In this document: in pieces, positions 40,804 to 49,773 of the stretch | Numbering within the stretch: the stretch's first letter is position 1 | How the letters are laid out: every line of letters starts with the position of its first letter | Source of the DNA: an uncultured Candidatus Binatia bacterium | Lineage (GTDB): Bacteria; Desulfobacterota; Binatia; Bin18 | Reading direction: 5' to 3' | NCBI GenBank assembly: GCA_965200965.1 | Contig: OZ241744.1 | Location: 3,072,001-3,136,000 of the forward strand | DNA length: 64,000 nucleotides | The notes under the pieces: model-generated | What the model saw: only the letters and a program-made list of their open reading frames with translations | Database searches by the model: none | What the model was told of the DNA's origin: nothing | Position numbers and translations under genes: made by a program

Positions 40804-41244
40804 TCATGACGCAATGCGGCCCCAGGCATTCACCTTGGTGGGGGTAATGCGCACCATCGCGTTGCGGCCAAAGCGCAGGTCCATCGCTCGGTACTGCGGG
40901 TAGCGCTTACGGAGCAAGGCCAGGGCCCGGTCGTACTCGGCCCGGTCCTCAACCAGGGCGGTCGTGCCCCGTACCATCACATACGCCAGCCGGGTCCAGT
41001 CGTCGGCGTAATCGTCAACGACCAGGGCCGCCTGGGGATTCTCCATCATGTTCCGAATGCGCTTGAGCGGTTTGCCCGTGTGGCGCTTGGGCTTGTGGTC
41101 AACCACAAAGTAGAAGTGCTGGCCGTCACAGGCATAGCAAAACGGGATGACGTGCGGCTCGCCGTCCCGACCGGCCGTTGCCAAGCGAGCCACCTGGTGG
41201 GCGTCAAGAAAGCTTCGCACCGGCTCTGGAATCAGATCGGGCAT
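40804..41244 (-). CDS. PPOX-class (probably F420-dependent) oxidoreductase
   Basis: VARLAT, PHVIP, VDHKPK, LKRIRN..ENP, VDDY.DDW..L. Confidence 0.85.
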   Translation of the reverse strand: MPDLIPEPVRSFLDAHQVARLATAGRDGEPHVIPFCYACDGQHFYFVVDHKPKRHTGKPLKRIRNMMENPQAALVVDDYADDWTRLAYVMVRGTTALVEDRAEYDRALALLRKRYPQYRAMDLRFGRNAMVRITPTKVNAWGRIAS

Positions 41245-41247
41245 AGG

Positions 41248-42252
41248 CTAGACCGTGGGGGGATGCCCCTCAAAGGTCTGCCGGGCCTCCCGGTAGAGGG
41301 CCTCGGCCCGGCCCGAGTAGCGGGGCGAAAAGTGAAAGACGACCAATTTCTTGACCCGTGCCGCCCGGGCTAGCAGACCGGCTTGGTGGGCCGTCAGATG
41401 GTAGCGTCGGGCGGCCTGCCCGTGGTCGGCGTCTAGAAAGGGCGACTCACAGAACAACACGTCCGCGCCGTGGGCTAAGTCGGCAATCCGAGCCGCGTTG
41501 TCCGGGCTGTACAGCGTATCAACCACATAGGCGAGCTTGTGGCCCGGACGCTGTTTGACCAAGCGGTCGCGCAGCTCGCCGAGCGCAAAAGCCCGCCCCT
41601 GCCGGCGTCCGTCGTGGCCCCACTCGGCCCGAATGCAAAAATCGTCTGGCCGCTCGGCACGCACCGCGCGTTTCAGTTCAGATAGCCACGGTCCGGGGCC
41701 AAGCCCGAGTTCGGCCAACACCGCGGTATCCACATTCAGGCGCGTTTCTTCCTCCAGGGCAAAGGCCAAGGAGTCGATCCGGTGATCGAGATGCGAGGTC
41801 CGCACGCAAAATCCGGCCTCCTCCACCAGTGTCCCGGTAAACGGCAGCGAAGCCAGCGGCCGCGGCCTGAAACCGGTGGCCGCCTCAAAGCGTGCCCGCG
41901 GCATGGTCTGGCGTCCAACTTCGGTCACCTCAAGGCCAAAATCGCAGCCGTCAATCAGGTTCCAGGTATAGCCCCGGAGTTTTCCGGCCACACAGTCCAG
42001 GATGCCCGGCGGTCCAAACAGTTGGAGGGTCTTCTGCTGGGACAGAAACACCCGCAACAGCCGATCAAAGCCAATGAAGTGATCCATGTGGCAGTGCGAG
42101 ACAAACACATGGCTCAGCCGCAGTATTTCGGCGATTGACAGGGCGTCATTATGGCCAAGGTCACACACTACCGCCCGTCCCTGCACGGGCAGAGAGATAT
42201 ACAGGCCGGGGTCGCCAAACGGCCCATTCACCAGACGCGCGGCAGGGTTCAT
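41248..42252 (-). CDS. rnz: Ribonuclease Z-like MBL-fold hydrolase
   Basis: LVNGPFGDPG, SHCHMDHFIG, LDH, YVVD, HLTA, HFSPRY. Confidence 0.82.
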   Translation of the reverse strand: MNPAARLVNGPFGDPGLYISLPVQGRAVVCDLGHNDALSIAEILRLSHVFVSHCHMDHFIGFDRLLRVFLSQQKTLQLFGPPGILDCVAGKLRGYTWNLIDGCDFGLEVTEVGRQTMPRARFEAATGFRPRPLASLPFTGTLVEEAGFCVRTSHLDHRIDSLAFALEEETRLNVDTAVLAELGLGPGPWLSELKRAVRAERPDDFCIRAEWGHDGRRQGRAFALGELRDRLVKQRPGHKLAYVVDTLYSPDNAARIADLAHGADVLFCESPFLDADHGQAARRYHLTAHQAGLLARAARVKKLVVFHFSPRYSGRAEALYREARQTFEGHPPTV

Positions 42253-42321
42253 GACCAGACTATTATCCCGGCTCGCCGCCCCCTTTGCAAGGCGTTCCGG
42301 CACGCTCCAGCCGCGGGGACA

Positions 42322-42350
42322 TTGACAGCCGCGGGCAGGAGCGTTAGCCA
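42322..42350 (+). promoter_or_regulatory. Possible sigma70 promoter of the ferredoxin gene
   Basis: TTGACA-17 nt-TAGCCA; weak -10. Confidence 0.3.
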
Positions 42351-42389
42351 TGAGGGCAGGCGGACGGTCTGGAGAGGGAGACAGCAGCT

Positions 42390-43217
42390 ATGGCAACCAT
42401 GATCACGAACGACTGCATCAACTGCGGAGCCTGCGAGCCGGAATGCCCGAACACGGCCATTTACCAGGGCGGTGCAGAGTGGGATATGAACGGCGTGAAC
42501 AGCCCTGCCATCTCGGACGATATCTTCTACATCGTGCCCCAGAAGTGTACCGAGTGCGTCGGCTTTTTTGACCAGGAAGCCTGCGCCGCGGTCTGTCCGG
42601 TTGACTGCTGCGTCCCCAACCCGGATATCCCAGAAACAGAATCGGTCTTGATCGCCCGGGCCAAAGAGTTGCACCCGGAAGAAACCTTTGAGGCCGATTT
42701 TCCGTCTCGCTTCAAAGGTGCCGACGCTGCCGAACCCGCTGCCGAGCCAGCCGCGGCTGCCGAACCCGTCCCAGTCGCCGCTCCGCCAGTCGCCGCCCCG
42801 GCTCCCGTCCCAGCCGCGGGCGTAGAGGTTTCAACACTCATCATTCCCGAAGTCAAGGACTGGGAGGTCCCGCTGAGCTGTTATAAGTGCGAACAGGAAT
42901 ATGCGCTGGCCTTTGAACGCTTTCGGATTGGCACAGTACTGAACTGCCCCAACCCCTATTGCACGGCCAGCCTGACCGTCACCTCAAGCCTGTACAAAAC
43001 CGTGGCCAACGCCCTCGACGCCTTCCATGCCGGCTGGAACGCCGATTTTGACGCCTTCCGGGAAAAGCGACGCCGAGAACTCGAAGCGTTTGAGGCCAAG
43101 AAACAGGCCGAGCTTGAAGACTTTACCGACAGCCTCAGAAAAGCGGTGGCCAGCGTCAAACCGGCCGGCAAACCCTGGCGGCGACTGTCGCTGTTCGGCT
43201 TTCAGCGCGTGGGATAG
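42390..43217 (+). CDS. YfhL-type 2x[4Fe-4S] ferredoxin with C-terminal Zn-ribbon/coiled-coil extension
   Basis: CINCGACEPECP, CTECVG...CAAVCPVDCC; Ala/Pro linker; CYKC...CPNPYC. Confidence 0.85.
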   Translation: MATMITNDCINCGACEPECPNTAIYQGGAEWDMNGVNSPAISDDIFYIVPQKCTECVGFFDQEACAAVCPVDCCVPNPDIPETESVLIARAKELHPEETFEADFPSRFKGADAAEPAAEPAAAAEPVPVAAPPVAAPAPVPAAGVEVSTLIIPEVKDWEVPLSCYKCEQEYALAFERFRIGTVLNCPNPYCTASLTVTSSLYKTVANALDAFHAGWNADFDAFREKRRRELEAFEAKKQAELEDFTDSLRKAVASVKPAGKPWRRLSLFGFQRVG

Positions 43218-43223
43218 AGAAGC

Positions 43224-44066
43224 TCAAGTGGCGTACTTCCTGCCAATCTCCATCGCTTCGGGGACGCCCAGCAGATTGGTCATTTCCTCAAAGCAGCCCC
43301 AGCCGGCATCGGCGGTGATCTGGCCGGTGGCCTTGAGTTCCTGCATGGCGTCCCGCATCCGAATATAGGCCGCCATCAGGGTAGCCGAGTAAATGGTGAG
43401 TTTGAAGCCAAATTTCCGGATTTCCTGGACCGGAAGCAACTGCCCGTTGTAGAGCAGCGGCAGGTCGCCCAACTCGGTGGCGTAGCGCTGGATATCGGTG
43501 AGGGTCCTGATACCGTCCACAAAGATCAGATCGGCACCGGCCTCTCGGTAGGCATGGCCGCGCGCGACAACATCATCCCAGCCCTTGACCGCCAGGGCGT
43601 CGGTTCGGGCAATGATCACAAAATCGTCACTGTGCCGGGCATCGCAGGCCGCCCGCACCTTGGGCACCATGTCGTCCACAGGAATGACTTGTTTGCCGGC
43701 CAGAAAGCCGCAGCGTTTGGGCCACACTTGGTCTTCGAGGTGCAGAGCCGCGGCCCCGGCCGCCTCATACTCGCGCACCGTCCGATACACGTTGACCGGA
43801 TTACCATAGCCGGTGTCAGCGTCACAGATCAGCGGAATCTCGACCGCGTGAGCGATGTAGCGCACGTTCTGGACCATCTCGGCCATGCTCAACAGCCCGA
43901 CATCGGGAAACCCACGGGCCGCGGCCGTACCAAAACCGGTCATATACACGGCCTCAAAGCCGGCGGCCTGGGCAATCCGGGCCTGGAAGGCGTCAAACAC
44001 AAACGGGGCGACGACCATATCAGGGCCGTTGAGCAGCTGGCGCAGACGGGGAACTGGAGCGGGCAT
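43224..44066 (-). CDS. Isocitrate lyase/PEP mutase family enzyme (PrpB-like)
   Basis: YMTG, PDVGL, DADTGYG, EDQVWPKRCG, IARTDA, AGAD. Confidence 0.88.
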   Translation of the reverse strand: MPAPVPRLRQLLNGPDMVVAPFVFDAFQARIAQAAGFEAVYMTGFGTAAARGFPDVGLLSMAEMVQNVRYIAHAVEIPLICDADTGYGNPVNVYRTVREYEAAGAAALHLEDQVWPKRCGFLAGKQVIPVDDMVPKVRAACDARHSDDFVIIARTDALAVKGWDDVVARGHAYREAGADLIFVDGIRTLTDIQRYATELGDLPLLYNGQLLPVQEIRKFGFKLTIYSATLMAAYIRMRDAMQELKATGQITADAGWGCFEEMTNLLGVPEAMEIGRKYAT

Positions 44067-44086
44067 ACGGTTCTCCTCATGGCCGC

Positions 44087-44656
44087 TTATGGCCACAACT
44101 CGGCAATGGACAGCTTGGCGGCCGGCAGTAAGACAGGGGCGATCTCATCATCGTTGGCCGGCCGCAGGACCTCGGCATAGCCGTCGGCCCCGGGCTGACG
44201 ATAGACCTCAAGCTGGGCGTTGCGCAGGTCAAGCAGCCAGACTTCGGGGATGCCGTGGCGGGCGTACAGCGGGAGTTTGATTTCCTGGTCATAGCGGATG
44301 CTGGTGTCTGCAACTTCAATGATGAGCAGCACATCTTGCGGCTCTGGATGGGAGGCTTCATAAAAATCGCTGCGGGGACGGAGGACGGCAAAATCAGGTT
44401 GAGGCTCAGAGTGATCGCTCAGGCGGATGGGATTCTGCGAAGAAATCAGCGCTCGCCCCGCCAGGACTGAACTGAGTAGAGTCGTGAATCGGATAACTTT
44501 TCCGGCGTGATCGCTACCTACGGGTGCCATATCAATGAGCCGGCCCTCAATCAGTTCCACTCGCTCATGGGGGCCGAAGATGCCGGCCTCGCCCATCTTG
44601 TAATAGTCGTCCACGCTCAGGCGGTGCTGGGGTAGCAGGGGCTCGGGCTGGTGCAT
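44087..44656 (-). CDS. Uma2 family endonuclease
   Basis: RVELIEG, SEPQPD, IEVADTS..YD..KL.LYA..GIPEVW. Confidence 0.9.
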   Translation of the reverse strand: MHQPEPLLPQHRLSVDDYYKMGEAGIFGPHERVELIEGRLIDMAPVGSDHAGKVIRFTTLLSSVLAGRALISSQNPIRLSDHSEPQPDFAVLRPRSDFYEASHPEPQDVLLIIEVADTSIRYDQEIKLPLYARHGIPEVWLLDLRNAQLEVYRQPGADGYAEVLRPANDDEIAPVLLPAAKLSIAELWP

Positions 44657-44685
44657 GGGGTTTCCCTCCTTGGCGGCCGAGCGTC

Positions 44686-45588
44686 TCACCACTCGGTGCG
44701 TGCGGGTGGAAGTGCTCCGTCGGGACGCGGAGCCTGAACGATTGCCTCGTTGCTCACAATGTCCTTGTGCAAATACTCCTCAAGCAGCGTGACCGCGCTG
44801 CGCAGCAACTCAGCCTTGTCGTCAAACACCGCTTCGCATACCCACTCGCCCTGAATCCAGCAGTCAAACGAGGCTTCGTCAATAAAATTGAACTCCAGCA
44901 GCCGCTCATACATCGGCGTTCCGGTGATCAGGGCCCGCAGCGACAGGCCGGAATCAATCAGCACGGCGTAGACATCGGAGGGAATTGGCAGCGCCCGCTT
45001 GACCTGTTCAATCTCTCGGGCTGGACAGCGCTCTTTGACCGGTGCGCAGTAGGCCCATTGGCCTGGTTCGGGGTTTGCCTGTTGGATCAATTTGATGTTG
45101 GGCTCGCTGAGCCACTCCCGCGCTTCCTCTTGATCGTAGTGCTCAAAACTGCGAAAAAACGCCGCCCCGGCAGGTTCGCGTTGGTCTTCGGACTGCTCGG
45201 CTGAATCGCCCAAGCGCAGCCCCGAGCGTCTGGCGGCATTTGCGGGTCTGTCTTCGGGTTCCCGCCAGTCCTCACGTTGCGGCTCGGAACGAGCGGGACG
45301 TGCCGCCCCCTTGGGGGCCGGCCTGTTGCGGGGGGGGGGACGACGCTCGGCCGGGGAGCCGGCCTGCGGTGTAGCCATTTTTCTGCTCGGTCCGGGCCGA
45401 TCTTTTGCCCGGCCCCGGTCGATCCGGGCTGGCGGACTGTCCGACTTGGCGGCTCGGCCCTGCTGAGACGGCGACGGCTTCTCCTGAGAGCGGTTCCGAG
45501 CCCGGTTTCTGGACCGGCTGCGGCCGCGTTTCTTCCGACACGCCTTCCCGATGGACGGCTCAGCCGCTTTGTTCTCGTCGTCCGGCAT
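44686..45588 (-). CDS. Hypothetical protein with basic disordered N-half and globular C-half
   Basis: ATG 3 nt after the upstream gene's stop; protein-like acidic C-terminal half. Confidence 0.65.
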   Translation of the reverse strand: MPDDENKAAEPSIGKACRKKRGRSRSRNRARNRSQEKPSPSQQGRAAKSDSPPARIDRGRAKDRPGPSRKMATPQAGSPAERRPPPRNRPAPKGAARPARSEPQREDWREPEDRPANAARRSGLRLGDSAEQSEDQREPAGAAFFRSFEHYDQEEAREWLSEPNIKLIQQANPEPGQWAYCAPVKERCPAREIEQVKRALPIPSDVYAVLIDSGLSLRALITGTPMYERLLEFNFIDEASFDCWIQGEWVCEAVFDDKAELLRSAVTLLEEYLHKDIVSNEAIVQAPRPDGALPPARTEW

Positions 45589-45591
45589 GTC

Positions 45592-46227
45592 TTACCTGTG
45601 GGGTAAAAAGTACGAAAAGCCGGCCAGGAAGATGTGCGAGTTCAGGCCGTCATTTTCGTCGTACAGGCTGGCGTTTGAGGTGTGACGGAAGCGATAGCCC
45701 ACGGTGAGGGACAGGTTATCGTCCAGAACATACGACAGGCCGGCTCCGGCCATCTCGGTGAAACTGAAGCCCCCGCCCAGGTCATAACCCTGGTAGTCAT
45801 GGTAGAGGAGGCCTAAGCCGCCCTCAATATACGGAGACAGCCGAGCGCCGAGGTCAAAATGGTAGCTTAAGACCGGCAGCATAAGGCCGGCCTCAATTGA
45901 GGCGTCGCGCTTTCTCCCCCGTATTCCCTGTGTGACGCCACTCCCCTCTCTCTGGTTTGAGTCGCACACCACCGCGGACAGGAACGGCTCGGTCGCAATC
46001 TCAAACGCGCCTTCAGGAAAGAGCCACGGCTTTCCCTGAAAGAGGATATAGCCGATATGGAGGTTCAGCGGCACGCTATCGACATCCCGTTCGCTGATGG
46101 AGTAGCCCGAGCGCAGGCCAACGTTCCACAAGCCTTGGGCCGGCCCTGTCTTTTGGGCTTGGGCGGCACTCACGCCTACCAGGAACATTCCCAGCAGGCA
46201 GCCGCCCATGCATAGAGCCTTTTTCAT
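45592..46227 (-). CDS. PagL-like lipid A 3-O-deacylase (outer-membrane beta-barrel)
   Basis: Signal peptide; PYIEGGLG, FSFTE, YRFRHTSNA.LY..N.GLN. Confidence 0.8.
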   Translation of the reverse strand: MKKALCMGGCLLGMFLVGVSAAQAQKTGPAQGLWNVGLRSGYSISERDVDSVPLNLHIGYILFQGKPWLFPEGAFEIATEPFLSAVVCDSNQREGSGVTQGIRGRKRDASIEAGLMLPVLSYHFDLGARLSPYIEGGLGLLYHDYQGYDLGGGFSFTEMAGAGLSYVLDDNLSLTVGYRFRHTSNASLYDENDGLNSHIFLAGFSYFLPHR

Positions 46228-46263
46228 GATCCCCTCTCTCGTATCCACGCTCCCGCTCCTATC

Positions 46264-46740
46264 CTACCGGCCCGGCTTGTGCAAGCCGATTGACAGCTCG
46301 GTCTCAACAAAGTCGCGCTGCGCCTCGTCCCACCGAAAGGCTTTGATCGTGCGCACTTGGCGGTCGTAGATTGAGACCACCAGATAGGCCGTATCTGGAT
46401 AGGACGGCTCATCGCCAAACATGGCCTGGCGTGTGTCCTCGGCCGAGAAATAGGCGTCGTGATTCGGGTGCGAATGGTAAAAGGCGGTCAACTCGGCGTT
46501 GCCGCTGTCGGCCTCTTGGATCACCGCCAACAGCTGCTTGGGCTGCATGAAATACGCGGTGGCAGCATCACGCGGATAGGTCTCCGTGTCCTTGTCACGC
46601 ATGACGTTCTGAATGTTGTCAATGCGCCGCACCTCGGCCCGACCGTCCCGGGTCAAGATGGCCCCACAGCATTCGTCGGGAAACGTGTCTTGGGCGTGTT
46701 GAGACAGGGCACGCCAAGTCCTTGCGTCTATGTGAAACAT
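46264..46740 (-). CDS. JAB/Mov34 (M67) metallopeptidase
   Basis: PDECCG, YHSHP....FS.ED. Confidence 0.9.
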   Translation of the reverse strand: MFHIDARTWRALSQHAQDTFPDECCGAILTRDGRAEVRRIDNIQNVMRDKDTETYPRDAATAYFMQPKQLLAVIQEADSGNAELTAFYHSHPNHDAYFSAEDTRQAMFGDEPSYPDTAYLVVSIYDRQVRTIKAFRWDEAQRDFVETELSIGLHKPGR

Positions 46741-46755
46741 ATCCCGTTCCTGTCC

Positions 46756-47772
46756 TCAGCCCGGCTTGCGGGCCAGCACCAGGCCGGTGAAGGCCGGTGG
46801 CGGCAGGCTTCTTTTCTGCCCATCAACAAAGCCGATGTCGTGCAGCCAGCCAATGATCTCTTCGCCCGGATAGGCTTCCCCGTGGGGAAAAACCAGCATC
46901 ATAAACAGCGAGAAGACCACCGGTTGGACCGGTTCTATCAGGTTTGGCTCGGGCATAATCCCATGGATGAGAATCTGACCGCCGGCCTCCAGGGCCTCAA
47001 AGGCTTTGCCCAGCACCATCTTGCAGGTCTCGCGGCCCTCGGTCTGGAGCATATTCGACAGGACAATCGTGTCATGGCCGCGGCCAAAGTCATCGCTGAA
47101 ATAGTTGCCCTCGCGGACCGTGACCCGGCCGGCCATGCCCTCCCGCTCAATAATGTCGTGCGTGCGTCGCAAAACAGGCGGCAGGTCAAACACGGTGGCA
47201 GCGAGCTGCGGAAAGGTCTGACACAGACGGATTGAGTACACCCCTGAGCCGCCGGCAACATCAAGCAGACGGCGGGACTGGCTCAGGTCCACCAAGCCGG
47301 CGATCCGCTCGGCCAAGCCTTTCCCCAGCTCAAACAGCCCGTGGACATAATTATCCAGCACCTCGGGCGACGCCTGCTCAAGCTCTGTGCCGGTCAGGGG
47401 CAAGACCGGGCTATCGCTACGAATGGCCTCGGCCAGCTTACCCCAGGCCTGGTAGCGGTCGCTGGCCTGTTTGAGCATATTGCCCACATACCCCGGTCTG
47501 TCTCTGACCAGAAAGGCATCGGCTACCGGTGCGTTGTGGTAGTGCTCGGCCTCCCTGGTCACAAAGCCCAGCGCCGTGCTGGCGTTAAGCAGACGCGCCA
47601 CACCGCGCAGGGGCAGGCCAGTGTGGGCGGCCAGCTCGGCCGCGGTCAGCGGCCCGTCAGCCAGCGGGGAGAACAGGTCGAGCTGCGCAGCCCCAAGAAG
47701 CACTGCGGCCTGCTCAAATCCGTTGACAATTTTCATCAGGCCCGGCATATCGGCCGGGAGTGGTTCCGGCAT
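46756..47772 (-). CDS. SAM-dependent O-methyltransferase with dimerisation domain
   Basis: LDLFS.L, LLDVAGGSG, FDLP, GNYF. Confidence 0.88.
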   Translation of the reverse strand: MPEPLPADMPGLMKIVNGFEQAAVLLGAAQLDLFSPLADGPLTAAELAAHTGLPLRGVARLLNASTALGFVTREAEHYHNAPVADAFLVRDRPGYVGNMLKQASDRYQAWGKLAEAIRSDSPVLPLTGTELEQASPEVLDNYVHGLFELGKGLAERIAGLVDLSQSRRLLDVAGGSGVYSIRLCQTFPQLAATVFDLPPVLRRTHDIIEREGMAGRVTVREGNYFSDDFGRGHDTIVLSNMLQTEGRETCKMVLGKAFEALEAGGQILIHGIMPEPNLIEPVQPVVFSLFMMLVFPHGEAYPGEEIIGWLHDIGFVDGQKRSLPPPAFTGLVLARKPG

Positions 47773-47870
47773 GGTCTTCCCTCCTGCCTCTGAGATTGCT
47801 GCCAGCCTCCGTTGCGCCGGCTGACAGAGTCACTATAGTGCATCAGAAATCCGCAAAGGAGTACAGGCTG

Positions 47871-48197
47871 ATGATGAGTATTGAGGAATTTGGCAAGGTT
47901 GAGTTGCGGGTGGCGACCGTCACTGCGGCCGAGCCCCACCCCAACGCCGACCGTTTATTGGTGCTCAAGGTTGACCTGGGCGACGAACAGCGCCAACTCG
48001 TGGCCGGCATTCGGAACCACTATACGCCCGAGGCCCTGGTCGGCAGACAGATCGTGGTGGTGGCCAATCTTCAGCCGGCAAAGCTGCGCGGGGTTGAGAG
48101 TCAGGGGATGCTGCTGGCCGCCACCGATGCCGGTACCGGCGGCGTGATTCTCTTAAGCCCAGTCCAGCAGGTCGCCCCCGGCTCCAAAGTGTCCTAA
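47871..48197 (+). CDS. tRNA-binding OB-fold protein (MetG C-terminal/Trbp111/CsaA-like)
   Basis: HPNADRLL, RQLVAGI, NLQPAKLRGVESQGMLLAA; AAGGAG RBS. Confidence 0.9.
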   Translation: MMSIEEFGKVELRVATVTAAEPHPNADRLLVLKVDLGDEQRQLVAGIRNHYTPEALVGRQIVVVANLQPAKLRGVESQGMLLAATDAGTGGVILLSPVQQVAPGSKVS

Positions 48198-48244
48198 TCG
48201 CTAGCGTCCGTCTGGAGCTTGGCCTGTTTGATGGAGAACAGGTT

Positions 48245-48621
48245 TCAGAAAGCAATCCGTGTGATGCCTTCGACAAGGTCGAAATGGGCGTCGTTACTCA
48301 ACACTGGGAGAGCGTGCTGGCGGGCGAGGGCGGCAACCCAGATGTCGTTGAGAGGGATGGGCTTAACTGTCCGTTTCAATTCCAAACGGATCTCGGCATA
48401 GACTCCGGCCGTCACTGGGGTAATGGCGGCGATTTCGACCAGCGGGAGATAGCGGCGGAGCCAGTCCTCCTGGCGGGGACGGTAGCGAGATTGGCGATAC
48501 CGAAATAATACTCACCAAGAACGATGGCGGGAACAAGGAGCCGGTCGGCAGATCGTAATGGGGATTGAACCTCCGGGCGACCTTCCGCCCACGCCGACAA
48601 AGCGTTCGTGTCTGAAATCAT
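48245..48621 (-). pseudogene. vapC: PIN-domain VapC toxin, frameshifted near 48497
   Basis: DTNALS, VLGE; after the shift RQSRYR...PIPLNDIWVAALA..H...SNDAHFD.VEG. Confidence 0.82.
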
Positions 48622-48745
48622 GCGCTGTCGCCAAGTTCGAGGCGCTCGAACTCATCCTCGATCATCTCAGCGACGGTTTTCACTCGACAGGTCGGACAGC
48701 TTGCCGAACCCTGCCATCCAGGGAGCTTCCTGTTTGTCTATGAGT
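48618..48745 (-). pseudogene. C-terminal remnant of a VapB-like antitoxin
   Basis: APWMAGFGKLSDLSSENRR, then shifted EMIEDEFERLELGDSA*; ATGA overlap with vapC. Confidence 0.55.
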
Positions 48746-49303
48746 GGGTCGGTATCAGCCTTGCCGACTATGCTCTTCAGGGCACAGATCTGGTTAGCGT
48801 CCTGAACTTCTTCGCTCTTTTTGTCGTACCTATCAAGAAAGGACTTTCTCGATTCGGCGTTCTCTTCTAAGGTACGCCTGTATTTCCCGAATTCCAGACA
48901 AAGAGCCTCACAGAGCTGCCTCACATTGAGTATCAGGTTGGGAACTTCGTCAATCTTTCGTCGTGAAAGATGCTTGCCTTCTTTCCGCGCAATAGCGATC
49001 CACAAGGTTTGTCGAGCGAATCTCCGGGGCCTTGTAACGGTGAACGAGACCGTTCCTGAGAACGTTGTAGAGTGGCTTTGCTGCAGCCTTGCAGGGGCCC
49101 GCCCGGAAAAGGTCTCTAAAGACCTTAGAGCCTTCGCTGCTCCCGTAACGAAATTTTGCCAGGGTTTCGCAGGCACAGGTAATGAGGAGGGTAATGGCGA
49201 AATTTCCTCCTGCTTCAAGTTCGAGAATTCGCTCCAAGTCACGACGGATGAAGCCGAATACTCGGTCGAACTTATCGTTGATATCTTCGAAACTGACGAC
49301 CAT
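48745..49303 (-). pseudogene. HEPN-motif protein, frameshifted near 49015
   Basis: GGAG RBS, MVVSFED; CACETLA; LRNGLVH (RxxxxH); continues in ORF 48667-49242. Confidence 0.6.
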
Positions 49304-49351
49304 AGGAGTTTCTCCGAATTCCACCAAATAAGGGCGGGCGTGGGCCCTCAC

Positions 49352-49771
49352 TCAGATTTCAATCACCCGGTTGTTCGCTCGGGCTTGCCTGAAGGTCTCA
49401 AAGTCTTTGAGCGGGCTGTCTTTCACGATCCCCAGGATGCCGCTGAGGGCCGTATCCATCGCGTGTTCATTTTTTTCCTGTACCGCAGTATGCAGAACGT
49501 CAAAGAATCCGTTTAGCGCAGCTTTACGTTCCGCAAACCGTTGTGCGAAATACTCCAGGATAATTTCTCTTTCAGACTCGATAAGTCTGACGGCAATGTC
49601 GCGCTTCGCTGCGATGCGTGCCCGCTCTGTTTGTTGTTCCTCTGCGGTTTTTCGGTACGATATATATTCTCTCAAGACTTCGAGCGGATCCAGGTTCTGA
49701 ACAATCACCTTGCCGCCGCCTATATGCTTTGCCAGAGAAGAAGCAGCTTTTCCAATTGGAGATTGTGGCAT
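49352..49771 (-). CDS. Small all-helical hypothetical protein
   Basis: ATG 2 nt after the upstream stop; EEQQTERARIAA...SPLKDF. Confidence 0.75.
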   Translation of the reverse strand: MPQSPIGKAASSLAKHIGGGKVIVQNLDPLEVLREYISYRKTAEEQQTERARIAAKRDIAVRLIESEREIILEYFAQRFAERKAALNGFFDVLHTAVQEKNEHAMDTALSGILGIVKDSPLKDFETFRQARANNRVIEI

Positions 49772-49773
49772 AC

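Noticed and set aside
45330-45339. G10 tract as a phase-variation switch
   Set aside because: Currently in frame and encodes a Pro run in a disordered region; no evidence of switching.
46264-46740. JAB protein as part of a CBASS or ubiquitin-like defence system
   Set aside because: No E1/E2, ubiquitin-like or cyclase gene nearby; it resembles a housekeeping sulfur-carrier peptidase.
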